A DNA stretch of 64,000 nt, taken from assembly GCA_010093815.1 (NCBI GenBank), contig ML996588.1. One strand, 5' to 3'. The DNA is from Pseudovirgaria hyperparasitica (taxonomy: Eukaryota). Shown piece by piece: positions 1-11,303 of this stretch (positions are counted from its first letter, which is position 1; each line of letters starts with the position of its first letter). A program made the position numbers and the translations under genes. Below the pieces are notes generated by a model, which worked only from the letters and a program-made list of their open reading frames with translations, did not search any database and had not been told where the DNA came from.

Positions 1-1
1 C

Positions 2-1125
2 CTGCGCCCCTACCTCGACCAAGACTACCCGAACCTCATCGTCTTCAACCACCACCTCGCCACCCGTATCATCTTCGACGGTACCCGTGCCACCGGTGTC
101 GAGGTCGACACCAACGGCTTCGTCTACACCATCGCAGCAACCAGCGAAGTCATCGTCTCCGCCGGCGCCTTCCAATCTCCGCAACTGCTCATGGTCTCCG
201 GCATCGGGCCCGCCGAGGTGCTCTCCGCAAACAACATCCCCGTCATCGCCGACCGCCCAGGCGTCGGCCAGAACATGTGGGACCACGTCCTCTTCGGGCC
301 CTCATACCGCGTCAACGTACTCACCGGCTCCGCCATGGCCGACCCCGTCTACACGGCCGAGCAAGTCCGCCTCTTCAACGAAGAACGCCGCGGCGCCCTC
401 GCCAGCCCCAACAACGACGTCTTCGCCTGGGAGAAACTCCCGCACCGCAACTGGTCCTCCTCCGTCGAGTCCGCCCTGCGCTCCTTCCCAGCCGACTGGC
501 CCGAGATCGAGTACATCGCCCCGCAAGGCTACTTTGGCTACTGCGAAAACTTCAACCGCGACGCGCCCGTAGACGGCTTCAACTACGCCTCCGTCGTCGC
601 CGGCCTCGTCGCCCCGCTGTCCCGCGGCAACATCTCCATTTCCTCCGCCGACATGCGCGACGCCCCGCTCATCAACCCGAACTGGCTCACCCACGAGGCC
701 GACATTGCCGTGGCCATCGCCAGCTACAGACGCACGCGCGACATCTGGAACGCGCCTAGCTTGCGCAACATCACCATCGGCCCGGAGTATTTCCCGGGCG
801 AGTTCGAGCCCAGTCGCACGGACGCCGAGCTGTTGGCGCTGATCAAGAAGTCTGTTAGTACCATCTTCCATGCGAGCTGTACGTGTGCCATGGGCCGCGA
901 GGATGATGAGAATGCGGTTGTGGATACGCGGGCGCGGGTCATTGGTGCTCAGGGCTTGAGGGTGGTGGATGCGAGCTCGTTTCCGATTCTGCCGCCGGGG
1001 CATCCGATGAGTACTGTTTGTAAGTCTTGCGCTGGTGTTGTGACGCTTGGACTGCTTGCTGACTTGATGATGTAGATGCGCTTGCGGAGAAGATTGCGGA
1101 CGATATCAAGAATGGGTCCTCGTGA
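2..1125 (+). CDS. GMC oxidoreductase (choline dehydrogenase/aryl-alcohol oxidase-like), 5' part outside window; intron 1020-1075
   Basis: Frame from nt 2 reads ...EVIVSAGAFQSPQLLMVSGIGP...PGVGQNMWDH...FHASCTCAMG...VVDTRARVIGAQGLRVVDASSFPILPPGHP. Splicing GTAAGT..TAG (1020-1075) gives the canonical C-terminus PMSTVYALAEKIADDIKNGSS*. Confidence 0.93.
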
Positions 1126-1357
1126 CTGGGCTTGTCTGTATAGGTCGACGCTTTGCGATGGAGTAGAGGGAGTCTGGGAGGTGTATACATAATTTCCTTG
1201 TCATAGCGGGTGTTTTGTTGGGGGGGGGAGTTTTGTATGCATAATCTCATTGTTCGTAGCAGGGCGTTTCGTTCGTTGTATATGATACATCATCTATAGC
1301 ATAAGTTCATCATCTTCCCGTACCCGCTTTGTCATCTCCAATCTCGCATGTCGATAA

Positions 1358-2208
1358 CTAACATCCCTCCCCACCCTCTCCGCTCCTCCCCACCGGCACC
1401 CACCCCTTCGGCCTCTCCCGGCCCCGTATCACGAGCTCATACGACGCCTTCTCCACCTTCTCCACACTCTGCCTCACAACAACCATCTTCTTCTCCAACT
1501 GCCCTCCAAACCAACTCCCCTCCTGCACATCCAGCGCCTCCAGCACCATCCTCACATCACGCAAATCATCCAACAACAATCTCCCTTGCCCCTTTTCCTC
1601 TCCCTGCCCCTTGTCCCCACCCGTAACACCCCTCTCCGCAGCCCCCAAAACACCAACCCGCATAACCTCGCCCGTGAAATCACACATCCCAAGCACATAA
1701 TCCTCCACCCCGATACCCACACCTCCACCCACACAGATACCCAGCCGCGCAAACACCCCACAACACTCCTCATACGACAACAACGTGCGCGTAGTAATGT
1801 AGCGCTCGAAACACAGCGCCTCGATATATTCCTGATTCGCGCCCGTGAGGTTCACGGCGTAGCGATGCGCGTTGGGCCCGTGCAGATCGGGCGCTATGGA
1901 GGCGTAGAAGGCGGCGATTGTGCTGTGGAAGGAGGCTGTTGACGGGGTGGGCGTGCGGTGGAGGGCGAAGATGCTTTGGGGAGGTACATGTTAGCTGGTA
2001 TGTATGGGGAGAGGGAGGGGGGGTGAGATTTTGGGGACGGAAGAGTGGAAGGAGGGAGGTACAGTTTCTTGCTGGTGGCGGTGATGTCGCGCGAGGCTTT
2101 TATGATGCGTTCGCGGCGGTCGTGGTGGGTGTCGAGGGCGGATTTGAAGGATTCGAAGATGGGGGTGAGGGGAGAGTGGGTTGTGGAGGGAGGGTTTTTG
2201 AGGGACAT
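1358..2208 (-). CDS. TRAX: Translin-associated protein X (TRAX), translin family; intron 1974-2062
   Basis: Exon 1 has FKSALDTHHDRRERIIKASRDITATSKK. A GT..GCTAAC..AG intron joins it to LIFALHR...QEYIEALCF...DYVLGMCDFTGEVMR...KKMVVVRQSVEKVE, which are translin/TRAX motifs. Confidence 0.88.
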
Positions 2209-2456
2209 CTGAGCGAGATGTATGTGTATGTTTGTCTGGATATGGAGGTGGATTTGGAGGAACGAAATGGAGGTCTAATGATCAAGTTATGGACTGTTAT
2301 TCACATATGGAGCTCTTATCGATAACATATTTCGCACGGAGCAGAAGCTCTTATCGATAGGAGCTGACTCAGCCAAGCTATCACAATCACTGCACACACC
2401 CATTCATTCACTTGATATTGTCCACAATCTCCATCTCCAAATGTAAACCCACAACA

Positions 2457-3791
2457 ATGCCCCTCCTCTCCTCCCCACGCACCGTCTTCACCCTCGCCCT
2501 CCTCCTCCGCCTCGTCCTCCTCCTCTACGGCACCCTCCAAGACGCCTTCTCCCCGCTCAAATACACCGACATCGACTACTACGTCTTCACCGACGCCGCC
2601 CGCTTCCTCGCCCACGGCCACTCGCCCTACACACGCGACACATACCGCTATACCCCCCTACTCGCATGGCTCCTGTACCCAACATCCTGGCCCGGGGCGT
2701 TCTGGTTTGCGTCGGGCAAGGTGCTGTTCGCGCTGTGTGATGTGCTTGCTGGGTGGTTGATATATGCGATTCTCCGCGGTGGGGGTGGTGGTAGTAGGGA
2801 GGGAAGTGGGAATGGTATGGACGAAACACGTGCCATTCGCTTCGCCTCGCTGTGGCTGCTGAATCCCATGGTCGCGCAGATCAGCACGCGCGGCAGCTCG
2901 GAAGGCCTGTTGTGCGTGAACGTCGTGGCGCTGCTGTGGGCGGTGCTGGCGCGGCGCACACGTGTGGCGGGCGTATTGCTGGGTCTCGCGGTGCATTTGA
3001 AGATTTATCCGTTCATCTATGGCGCAAGTATACTGTGGTACCTGGACGAGCGGACGACGAGTGGGGACAACAGCGCTGGAAAGGAGAAGAAGAAGAAGGG
3101 GCAGAAGACGGGGCCGATGACAGGAGTACTAACATTCTGCAACCGCGCGAGGATCGAATTCGCGATATACGCAGCCGCAACATTCCTACTTCTCAGCGGC
3201 GCCATGGCAGCCCTGTACGGCCGCGAATTCGTCCAGCACACCTACCTATACCACCTCACGCGCATCGACCACAGACACAACTTCTCGCCCTACAACACCC
3301 TCCTCCACATCACCTCATCCGCCTCCGCCTCCGCATCGCCAACCACCCACTCCAAGCCCCCCATCCGCCTCGAAAGCCTCGCCTTCATCCCCCAACTCCT
3401 CCTCAGCACACTCCTGATCCCCCTCATCCTCGCAAAGCGCGACCTCGCGTCCACCATGCTCGCGCAGACATTCGCGTTCGTGACGTTCAACAAGGTGTGC
3501 ACGAGCCAGTACTTTCTCTGGTACCTCGTCTTCCTGCCCTTTTACCTGCCCCGGTCGACGCTGCTGGCTCGGCCGCGGCTGGGCCTGAGTGTGGCTGCGT
3601 GCTGGGTGGCGGCGCAGGTCTGGTGGCTGCAGCAGGGCTATCAGTTGGAGTTTCTGGGCCGGAGCACGTTTGCGACGGGGCTGTGGTGGAGTGGGATCGC
3701 GTTTTATTTTGTCAATGTTTGGGTCCTGGGCATTGTTGTGGCGGATATTGGGAGGGGTGGGGCCGTGTTGACATGGAAGCAAAAAGAGTGA
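2457..3791 (+). CDS. GPI14: GPI mannosyltransferase 1 (PIG-M)
   Basis: Motifs KYTDIDYYVFTDAA, PYTRDTYRYTPLLAW, ISTRGSSE, HLKIYPFIY, YHLTRIDHRHNFSPY and FVTFNKVCTSQYFLWY; multiple hydrophobic segments; first ATG at 2457. Confidence 0.95.
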   Translation: MPLLSSPRTVFTLALLLRLVLLLYGTLQDAFSPLKYTDIDYYVFTDAARFLAHGHSPYTRDTYRYTPLLAWLLYPTSWPGAFWFASGKVLFALCDVLAGWLIYAILRGGGGGSREGSGNGMDETRAIRFASLWLLNPMVAQISTRGSSEGLLCVNVVALLWAVLARRTRVAGVLLGLAVHLKIYPFIYGASILWYLDERTTSGDNSAGKEKKKKGQKTGPMTGVLTFCNRARIEFAIYAAATFLLLSGAMAALYGREFVQHTYLYHLTRIDHRHNFSPYNTLLHITSSASASASPTTHSKPPIRLESLAFIPQLLLSTLLIPLILAKRDLASTMLAQTFAFVTFNKVCTSQYFLWYLVFLPFYLPRSTLLARPRLGLSVAACWVAAQVWWLQQGYQLEFLGRSTFATGLWWSGIAFYFVNVWVLGIVVADIGRGGAVLTWKQKE

Positions 3792-3964
3792 AGCGATGAT
3801 ACGTTGTGTTGGGGCATAGATGGCATTTGACATGGGGTCAAGGTGTGTATACATTATTGTATTTGATAGAGCTATCTATATAAGCCTTATATACGCTCAT
3901 ATATATATTGATAGATATAGACCACGCATCCTATCTACCACATCCTTGATGATAGGGAAGAATC

Positions 3965-5659
3965 TCATCTCAATTCCACATGGCTCTCAAACGATGGCTG
4001 CTTAAAGTCCGGCTGCGTCGAGAACGAAGACACCTCACTCATATTACTAATACGACCCAGTAAAAACTCAAGGTTCCGATACCCGGCAGCAGGCTGGAAC
4101 TGCGGGACCATGTGGCCAGCAAGTTCAATCTCGACATAAGTAAGCCCGCGATCCGTCATCCACTTGCCGAAAATACCCGCTCCGGAGACAGACTCGAGCG
4201 AGGCGTCGTAGTGGTATGGCACATAGAAGTCGTTCTCTGGTGGCGTCGTGAAGCCCTGCGCACCATTCCAAGTGAGGTTGTTGAGTGTCAGCAGGGAGCC
4301 GTTGGAGATGAGCACCATGTCGAGCAGACCATGGGCGACAATCACGTTGTTCGTATGCTCTGCCACGCGGCCCAGCGGACCGCCGTTGTCGCCGGATGGA
4401 GGGGAGTCGTCGCCGTTAGGGAAGACATCTATGTCGGTGCATATCATCCAGTTGGCGTGTTCAGGGGCATTGATTGCCTTCTTGACATCTGTCCTGTTGA
4501 AGTACGGCTCGGTGACGCCGGGTGGGAAGTAGAAGCCAGAGTAAGGGAAGCCGAGGACGTCCCAGAGCAGTGGGCAGAGCTGGCCGACCTGGTAGATGTC
4601 AAAGCACGGGTTGATCTCGAAGATGGCGCTGAAAGCATAGTCGAAGATGTCGCAGTCGGGGTTGAATGAGCCATTGGCATAGAGGCCTGGAGACGACGGG
4701 AACGGACCGTCAGGCGGGAACTTGAGGCCTTGCTCCATAAAGTCATCGTAGCCACAGGTCGCGCTGATGTTCTTGAGGGTGGACACGGTGCTCTCGTTGA
4801 ACGGGAACACATTCTGGTGGAATTCAGTGAATGCAAGAGTAGGCACCTGCTCCGTAATGGCATCGGGACCAATGCTCGGGTCGTAGATCATGAGGCCCTC
4901 GACGTTGAAGTATTCGGTGTTATTCTCCGCAATCATAGCATCGGCTATATACGGACAGTACATCCCCGCGTAGCTCTCTCCGGTGACGTAGATCTTGCGA
5001 CCGTGCAGGTCGAAAAGATCCATGAAGTTCTTCCAGAAAGGTAAGAATTGGGCAGCGACGTCGACTTCATTGGTCGCGTTGGGTGTGCCTTGTGTGTATC
5101 CAGTACCTGAGTCGATTAGTCCCATGCTCGTAATGATTCATTCTATGTTGATAGAAGACATACCAACTGGCTGCTCGATCCACACGACATTCGTCAGATT
5201 GCTCCATGCATAAGTATTCTTTACAGGCCGATAGGTGCCAGACATCCAAGTGACTGGACCATTCTCCTTGAAGAAACCGTCCAGACTCGAGCATCCGGGC
5301 CCTCCATTGAGCCATATCAGGATCTCCTCGCTCGCATCGGGGTTCTCTGTCGGCACGTACCAGAACCATAGCTCTTTGCTATCGTCGACTGGTAGCAGGC
5401 CGGCATATGATTCGCCAATGTCGAAATCAACCTCCGGCAATGCACTCCCGTTCACTGCGAAGGGCGCAGTCTTGTCATTGAGATGGTGCTGGACCTGGCG
5501 CTGCTCAATTGAGTGCGACGAGACGGCCGCTCGAGGAGCTGATGGCCCGACCCTGGGACCATACTTCTGACCTTGTTTGATAGGAGATGATGGAGCCTGG
5601 TCGGCACAGGAGAAGCCTGCAAGGGCAGCCAATGCTACTAGGCGGGTAGAGAAAAGCAT
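3965..5659 (-). CDS. Secreted serine carboxypeptidase, family S10; intron 5107-5163
   Basis: Signal peptide, WLNGGPGCSS, IEQPVG|TGY joined across a GTATGT..CAG intron, catalytic GESYAG, and AGHMVPQFQP. Confidence 0.94.
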
Positions 5660-6455
5660 GGTGATGGGGGAGGAGAGACAATGGCGACGCGGGGTGGCAT
5701 GACGATGCAGCGGTGATAAGCTAGTTTATATAGCATCTTGTTGTTAGTTAATTACTGTGATGATCATGTTGATCGACATGTTCAGTGAATAGATGAAGGC
5801 TGATAGCTTTACCAACATTGGAAAAGTCTAATGTTTGTCCGCCTGCCCGTTCCGGCCAAGTCCGCAGGGCCCCCACTGGGATGTGTTGACGTAACTCGGC
5901 CACCTCTTCACTCCGTCTAATTACACCGTCTACACCGTCTAACAGGCCTGGCAAGGTACGTACCCGGTCTATCGGTGGTAAGATATCGTGGAACCGTCGA
6001 CAGTGTCATCCAATCGAGTCTTGCTAAATGCCACCGAGCGGTGCCGCCAATAAAATATGTACATGGATGTGTGAGCGCGAGCATTCGTGTGTATGGGTCC
6101 ATCAATCTACTAGTTTATAGTAGAGACCAATATTCTCATGCACCATCATGGAATAGTGCCGTGTCAATTTAATGAGCATGCCTAAAGGCTCTGGCGTGAT
6201 GTCAAAGTTATATATCGCGCTGCTGAGAGGCGTGGTGGGACAACGATGGGAAAGTCTGACAACAGCCACAACACCAGCATTCATTCACACGATCCATCTC
6301 ACCCCTGTCCATAAATCCGACTCCACGACTCAACGGACGGTGGCCAAAGCTCAGTATAAGCTCAAGCCTGGCAAAGCTTGGTTCAACAGCCCACAGGCAG
6401 TGTATTATGCATACTCAGTGAGAAAAGATCATTGCTAATCCAACATGTCCAAAAC

Positions 6456-7522
6456 TTATTCTCCAATCTTGCGAATCAATCGCTCAGACGGCTCGACACG
6501 CTGGGCCCACTCGGTCCAGCTGCCATCATACAGCTTCCTGCCCTCCTCAGGAAATCCAGCTTCCGTCAACGCTGCATCAATCACAGCGGCCGTCACTCCA
6601 GTCCCACAGCTGCATACTATTGGTTTGGAAGGATCAATCTCTTTCTTTTCAAACAGCTCTCTCAGCTCCGCTGCGGGTAGAAGAGCCTTTGTACTTGGGT
6701 CGAGTAAGGAAGGTACTGGGACGGACTTTGAACGGGGAATATGTCCAGAGGAAAGACCTACCATCCTGTTAGCAACGATACAATATGATCAATCTTTGTC
6801 AACTCACCCGGTCTGGGTTCCGGCTCAGTGCCCTGAAATCGTGCGCCACTCCGCGCATCCAGCACTTGCACTTCCTCTGCGCCCTCTTTTCCCTGCTCTT
6901 GTACAATCTCTTTGAGCTCTTCGAATGAAATGACCTTGGTCTTGTCTAGTGGCTGTACGTCATAATCTTTAGGAGGACCACCTGGTGGCTCGCCAGTCTC
7001 TAGAGGGTAACCTTGCTCACACCACAGCCGGAAGTTGTTTAGAATGTGTACGCTGTTGTGGCCAAACACTTTAAGTGTCCATGCGACTCGTGGAGCGCTA
7101 AATATACCAAGCTCATTCGTGTCGTATACAACAACGCTGTCGTCGCGACGAACTCCCAGCTTTCCCATAGCGTCGGCGAAGGCTTCTGCTGAGGGCAGCA
7201 TGTGTGGATAAGGCGAGTCTGGGTCTTTCACGGCGTCGATGTCAAAGAAGCGCGCGCGGGGGATTCTGGACTTGCTGAAGGATTCCCATCCTGTTCTCTT
7301 GGAAGGGTCATTGGGAAGATACCAGCCGGCGCAAATAGGGACAATCTTCGGAGCGGTGCTGAGCTTGCTATGCACGTTCTTCGAGAGCGCTTCGTTGAGT
7401 TGTGCCGGCGTGACGATGTAGGATGAGAGTTGACCGTATGACCTGGCCTGGAAGCTGTTAAAGTTGCCCTTGGCACGTACAACACGCTGTACCGAGGCAC
7501 GAAAAGGTGCCGCGACCATCAT
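6456..7522 (-). CDS. TUM1: 3-mercaptopyruvate/thiosulfate sulfurtransferase (tandem rhodanese); intron 6758-6807
   Basis: RIPRARFFDID, PHMLPS, APRVAWT, LDARS..RFQGTEPEPRPG|LSSGHIP, active site CGTGVTA and LYDGSWTEW. The Arg-rich N-terminus resembles a mitochondrial presequence. Start taken at ATG 7522. Confidence 0.9.
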
Positions 7523-8186
7523 ATTGACGAGCGAGTGTCTCGTCTGATGAGAGGATGCAGTCGTGAAGGCATGCGAGATGAAAGTCGTACGGGCAGACCC
7601 AGAGTTCAACACAGACTCAGTTTGGCCGCCCAGATGAGGGGGCAGATGCTTGAAAGAGCAGGGAACGCACTTGGTGGAGTTGGTGATCGTCCCCGCCCTC
7701 GATCCCTTTCCCCAGACTGGGACTGATAAGAGCGGTCATGTTTCGTCACACGAGTAATGAGGTGATGCTTTCTCTTGTGCGTGCGAGGAGCGCTACAGTA
7801 AGAAGAAGACAAGTGCTGTCGTTATGAGCAGAGCTTGTACGAGTCCGCCTGCGAGCCACAGCGGCTGTTCCCTCTAGTCGTCTACTTCATGCAAGATAAG
7901 CACTCAAGTAAGATGAAGGAATAGTCGAGGAGTTTCTTGAGTTTTCAATGAAACACCATATGCATGTATATATGAACATGTAAAGACAGTACTTGCAAAC
8001 ATTGAATGAAATACAAGGCCGAGCAATAGTTGATACATGTTTCTGAGCAGTATGGAGCTATGACCACCTTCTCACCACAAGCGCATCCAACGTGGGAAGC
8101 ATTCATTCCATACGGGATAGTCTCATACTCTGTAGACACCCGACGCGTAAACCTTCTGACCACTCCAAAATCGCCCGGATACCACA

Positions 8187-8665
8187 ATGAAGGTCACAAT
8201 CAAGCAGTGGAATGCCGTCGCTGCATGGCGCTGGGACATGCCCGAGGACGACATGTGCGGCATCTGTCGCAATCCCTACGACAGCACATGTTCCAAGTGC
8301 AAGTTTCCAGGCGATGAGTGTCCTCTCCGTAAGCTGTTGTGCCCAGGCCGACGTGATATGAATTGACTGACATCGTATAGTCATAGGCGAGTGCAACCAC
8401 TCATTCCATATGGTACCCTTTCCTCCTTCTCACACCGCCTGTGCATGACCAAGCTCACGACGATCACTAGCACTGTATATACTCGTGGCTTCGTCAAGAA
8501 CAATCACAGGAGAAGTGTCCCATGTGTCGCCAACGTATGTCATGTTCTCGCGTGGGCTGGTATATGATGGGTACTAATGCGCGCGAAACAGCTTTCAAAG
8601 CAAAGGACGCCAACGAGCAGCCTTCTGTCGTGGAGCAGTCGAACGTGGTTGCAGCAGCTGGATGA
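8187..8665 (+). CDS. APC11: Anaphase-promoting complex RING-H2 subunit 11; introns 8329-8380, 8413-8470, 8535-8591
   Basis: Spliced product MKVTIKQWNAVAAWRWDMPEDDMCGICRNPYDSTCSKCKFPGDECPLLIGECNHSFHMHCIYSWLRQEQSQEKCPMCRQPF... All three introns are GT..AG with branch-like motifs. Confidence 0.93.
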
Positions 8666-9066
8666 TTCACATGTAGAAAGAGGTGTGCATTGGAGATCCG
8701 AATAGCAATGAACCTAGATGGCATTGGGTACAGATTCTCATTCTCGCCGGATAATGATACCGACACTCAGCTCCCTCACGAGGGCAGCTTCGTGCTAGAG
8801 ATAATAAATACGCGGAGTGCAAGAAGACGGCGACATATATTCTTCAGAGAGGATGCGCAACGAGAACGTACATGCAAAGCGGCCGGGGAAGATTGGATAG
8901 TGTATTGTTTTGGCGAAGAAGCGTTAGGCAACAAGGCAAATATCTCATAAGGCTGAGGCCGAGCTCGCGTATCGATAAAGCCTATAGCAACCTATAATTA
9001 CCTCTGAGTCTTCCTGTTTTCAATACCTGCATCTTTACTCTAAGAACTCAATGTCCAAAAGCGATA

Positions 9067-9834
9067 ATGTCTAACAGCCCTGGGAGAGCTTCCTTGGTTC
9101 CCTCGCCTTCTCTACAGGACGCCGCGACCGGTTCCAGAAAGCTCCCATCACGACAAGCTTCACCAAACGTTGTAGAGCAGCAAGCTATAGACCCAGAGCC
9201 GACCGAATATGTCGAGCCCGACAATGCTCAGCTACTACCGCCAGCGAACTTTGCCCCATTCTTCACTGTGATTGAAGACACTGCTACAGGCGAGCACTAT
9301 CACCCGTCCGTACATTACATATTCTCCGACGATGACCAAGAAATCATCACCGCGGCCGCGATGCGCGAGCTTGGATACGACGATTCCCACGACGAACCGC
9401 AAGAAGACGACCGCTCCGACGCCACCATAACTATCCTACCTCCCACACAGCCGGGCGTCAAAGAACGCTACCTTCTGCTGGACATCAGTCCTGACGGTCA
9501 GACAGTCGCGGAAACACAGAGCATGAGTCGGGACTGGCAGGTGACAGACACGGATGTGTGTGCGGCACCTACGTGGGACGCAGATTCAGGGTCGGGAAAC
9601 AGTGCTCTCATGCTCAAGATTGGGGGCGTGGAAATCAGCCATTCTGATGCGGAGAGCAGGCCCAGCGCAGAGACCCTGCTTACGGAGGCTCGGAACGAGG
9701 CTTCTGGCGATCTTCTGGCGGCGCTCGACAGCCTATCTGCACGATTCGATAAAGAGCTTGGTGCCTTGACCAGACTTTTGGATGATGAACCGCCAGTCGA
9801 GGCCACACGCGCCGAAACACAGGCCGGTCCCTGA
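9067..9834 (+). CDS. Conserved fungal protein, probably Atg31-like autophagy scaffold subunit
   Basis: 255-aa single-exon ORF with PFFTVIED..HPSVHYIFSDDD..ERYLLLDISPDG..SMSRDWQV and a C-terminal amphipathic helix. The Atg31 assignment is by motif recall only. Confidence 0.7.
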   Translation: MSNSPGRASLVPSPSLQDAATGSRKLPSRQASPNVVEQQAIDPEPTEYVEPDNAQLLPPANFAPFFTVIEDTATGEHYHPSVHYIFSDDDQEIITAAAMRELGYDDSHDEPQEDDRSDATITILPPTQPGVKERYLLLDISPDGQTVAETQSMSRDWQVTDTDVCAAPTWDADSGSGNSALMLKIGGVEISHSDAESRPSAETLLTEARNEASGDLLAALDSLSARFDKELGALTRLLDDEPPVEATRAETQAGP

Positions 9835-10223
9835 GAGGGATGCAGCATCGACACCAACTCTCATGTCGTCTAGATCAAGTCCTCGAAGTCACAATAAGAG
9901 TGTTCTCGCTCTTATCTTGCAGCAAAAACCCTACCTGCCATCTATGACAAGTGCCAGCAAGGAGTACACAAAAACTGAACAACCTTCAGGACATCACATC
10001 CGATACAATCTCGTGTAACCAGGACAGACTTCCGAGTCTCAATTTATCCCACAGTTTTCTTCTACTTTGAGCGATCAAAAGCCCCGGTCTAAAGGGTGGA
10101 CAAAAGTACACCAAGCTCCAGGACTACCCCTCACATTGGTCCCCGGGTCGTAATTCGGCATTTGACATGATGTCCTGCAGAAAGACTGGACCCCAGAAGT
10201 CCCCATGGTCGCAGACAGCCCCG

Positions 10224-10712
10224 TCAATCTCGAATGCAATCGTCCACTCCACCCTCCGCCTCCCCGGCCATCCGCCCATGGGCACCGTCGACGTCGTCAT
10301 CGCCCATGGACGTGTCGTGGGCGTGCTGCATACCAGGGACGAACGAGTATCTGACTGATGGTCGGCTGGATGTGCGCAAGACGATGCCCGATTGCGCGCT
10401 GTGGGTTACTTTGAGTATGCCGTTGTGCGCGATACGTTTTGAGATGGTTATTTCTGGTGCTGAGGGCGTGCTTTTGGATGGGTTGGAGGGGAGTGTGTGG
10501 AGGAATAGGGCGTTGGCGGGGGTGGGGAGGAGGAGGGGGATGGGGAGGGGGAGATGGGGGAGGAGATGGAGGAGGAGGAGGGGGAGATGGTTGAGAAGAA
10601 GGAGAAGGGGAAGGAGAAGAAGGAGAAGGGGAAGGAGAAGAAGGAGAATAGTGGTGACGAGGGCGTAGAGAGTGAGAGCATCGCACTGGTCAAGGCGAAG
10701 TAGAGACGGCAT
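10224..10712 (-). CDS. Possible low-complexity orphan ORF (uncertain)
   Basis: TATA-like TATATAAAT just upstream of ATG 10712 on the minus strand. The ORF crosses a purine-rich (GGA/GAA) simple repeat and has no recognisable domain. Confidence 0.2.
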   Translation of the reverse strand: MPSLLRLDQCDALTLYALVTTILLLLLPLLLLLLPLLLLLNHLPLLLLHLLPHLPLPIPLLLPTPANALFLHTLPSNPSKSTPSAPEITISKRIAHNGILKVTHSAQSGIVLRTSSRPSVRYSFVPGMQHAHDTSMGDDDVDGAHGRMAGEAEGGVDDCIRD

Positions 10713-11303
10713 AAGGGTTGGATTTATATATGAATGCACACATTATCAAACCCTAAACCCGCACCGCCTTCCATGTACTTACTTACTACCTACCCTTGGT
10801 CGGTCGTAGCCAGTACACGAAGACCATACCTGTATACTCTACGTAATACATACATACATACACAAACCCTTCGTTCACATCAGTCAACAAAAAGGTGATC
10901 TTATTCCTTCCTTCCTTTCCACCTTCCCTCCCCCCTCTCTCTCTCTCTCTCTCACACACACATACATACACACTTTGTGGCACGCACGCAATGTTCAGCT
11001 TTCTCCATTCCATTCCATGCTGTACCTACCTACCTACTACCTTATGTACAGGGAACGACACAAAAAGTAAACACAACAAAACAAAACAAAACAGACAGAC
11101 AGACAAACAAACGCCAAACGCAGGTCTGTCTGATATGGGCTTTTCGAGGCCGAGTTTCAAAAGCCCACTTGTTCTTTCAAGAAAATTGTACAGAGGGGGT
11201 TTGGGTGTGTGGCTCTCTTTTTTGTCTTTAAAAAAAGGCTTCGTTTCGAATACATGTATCCTTTGCCCTTCCTTTCTCGCTCTCGCGCTCTTCATCTATC
11301 TAT

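Noticed and set aside
87..1003. Long alternative-frame and antisense ORFs over the GMC gene (also over GPI14, the carboxypeptidase and DUF3405, e.g. 2852-3799 and 16992-18176)
   Set aside because: Shadow ORFs caused by strong GC3 codon bias of the real genes.
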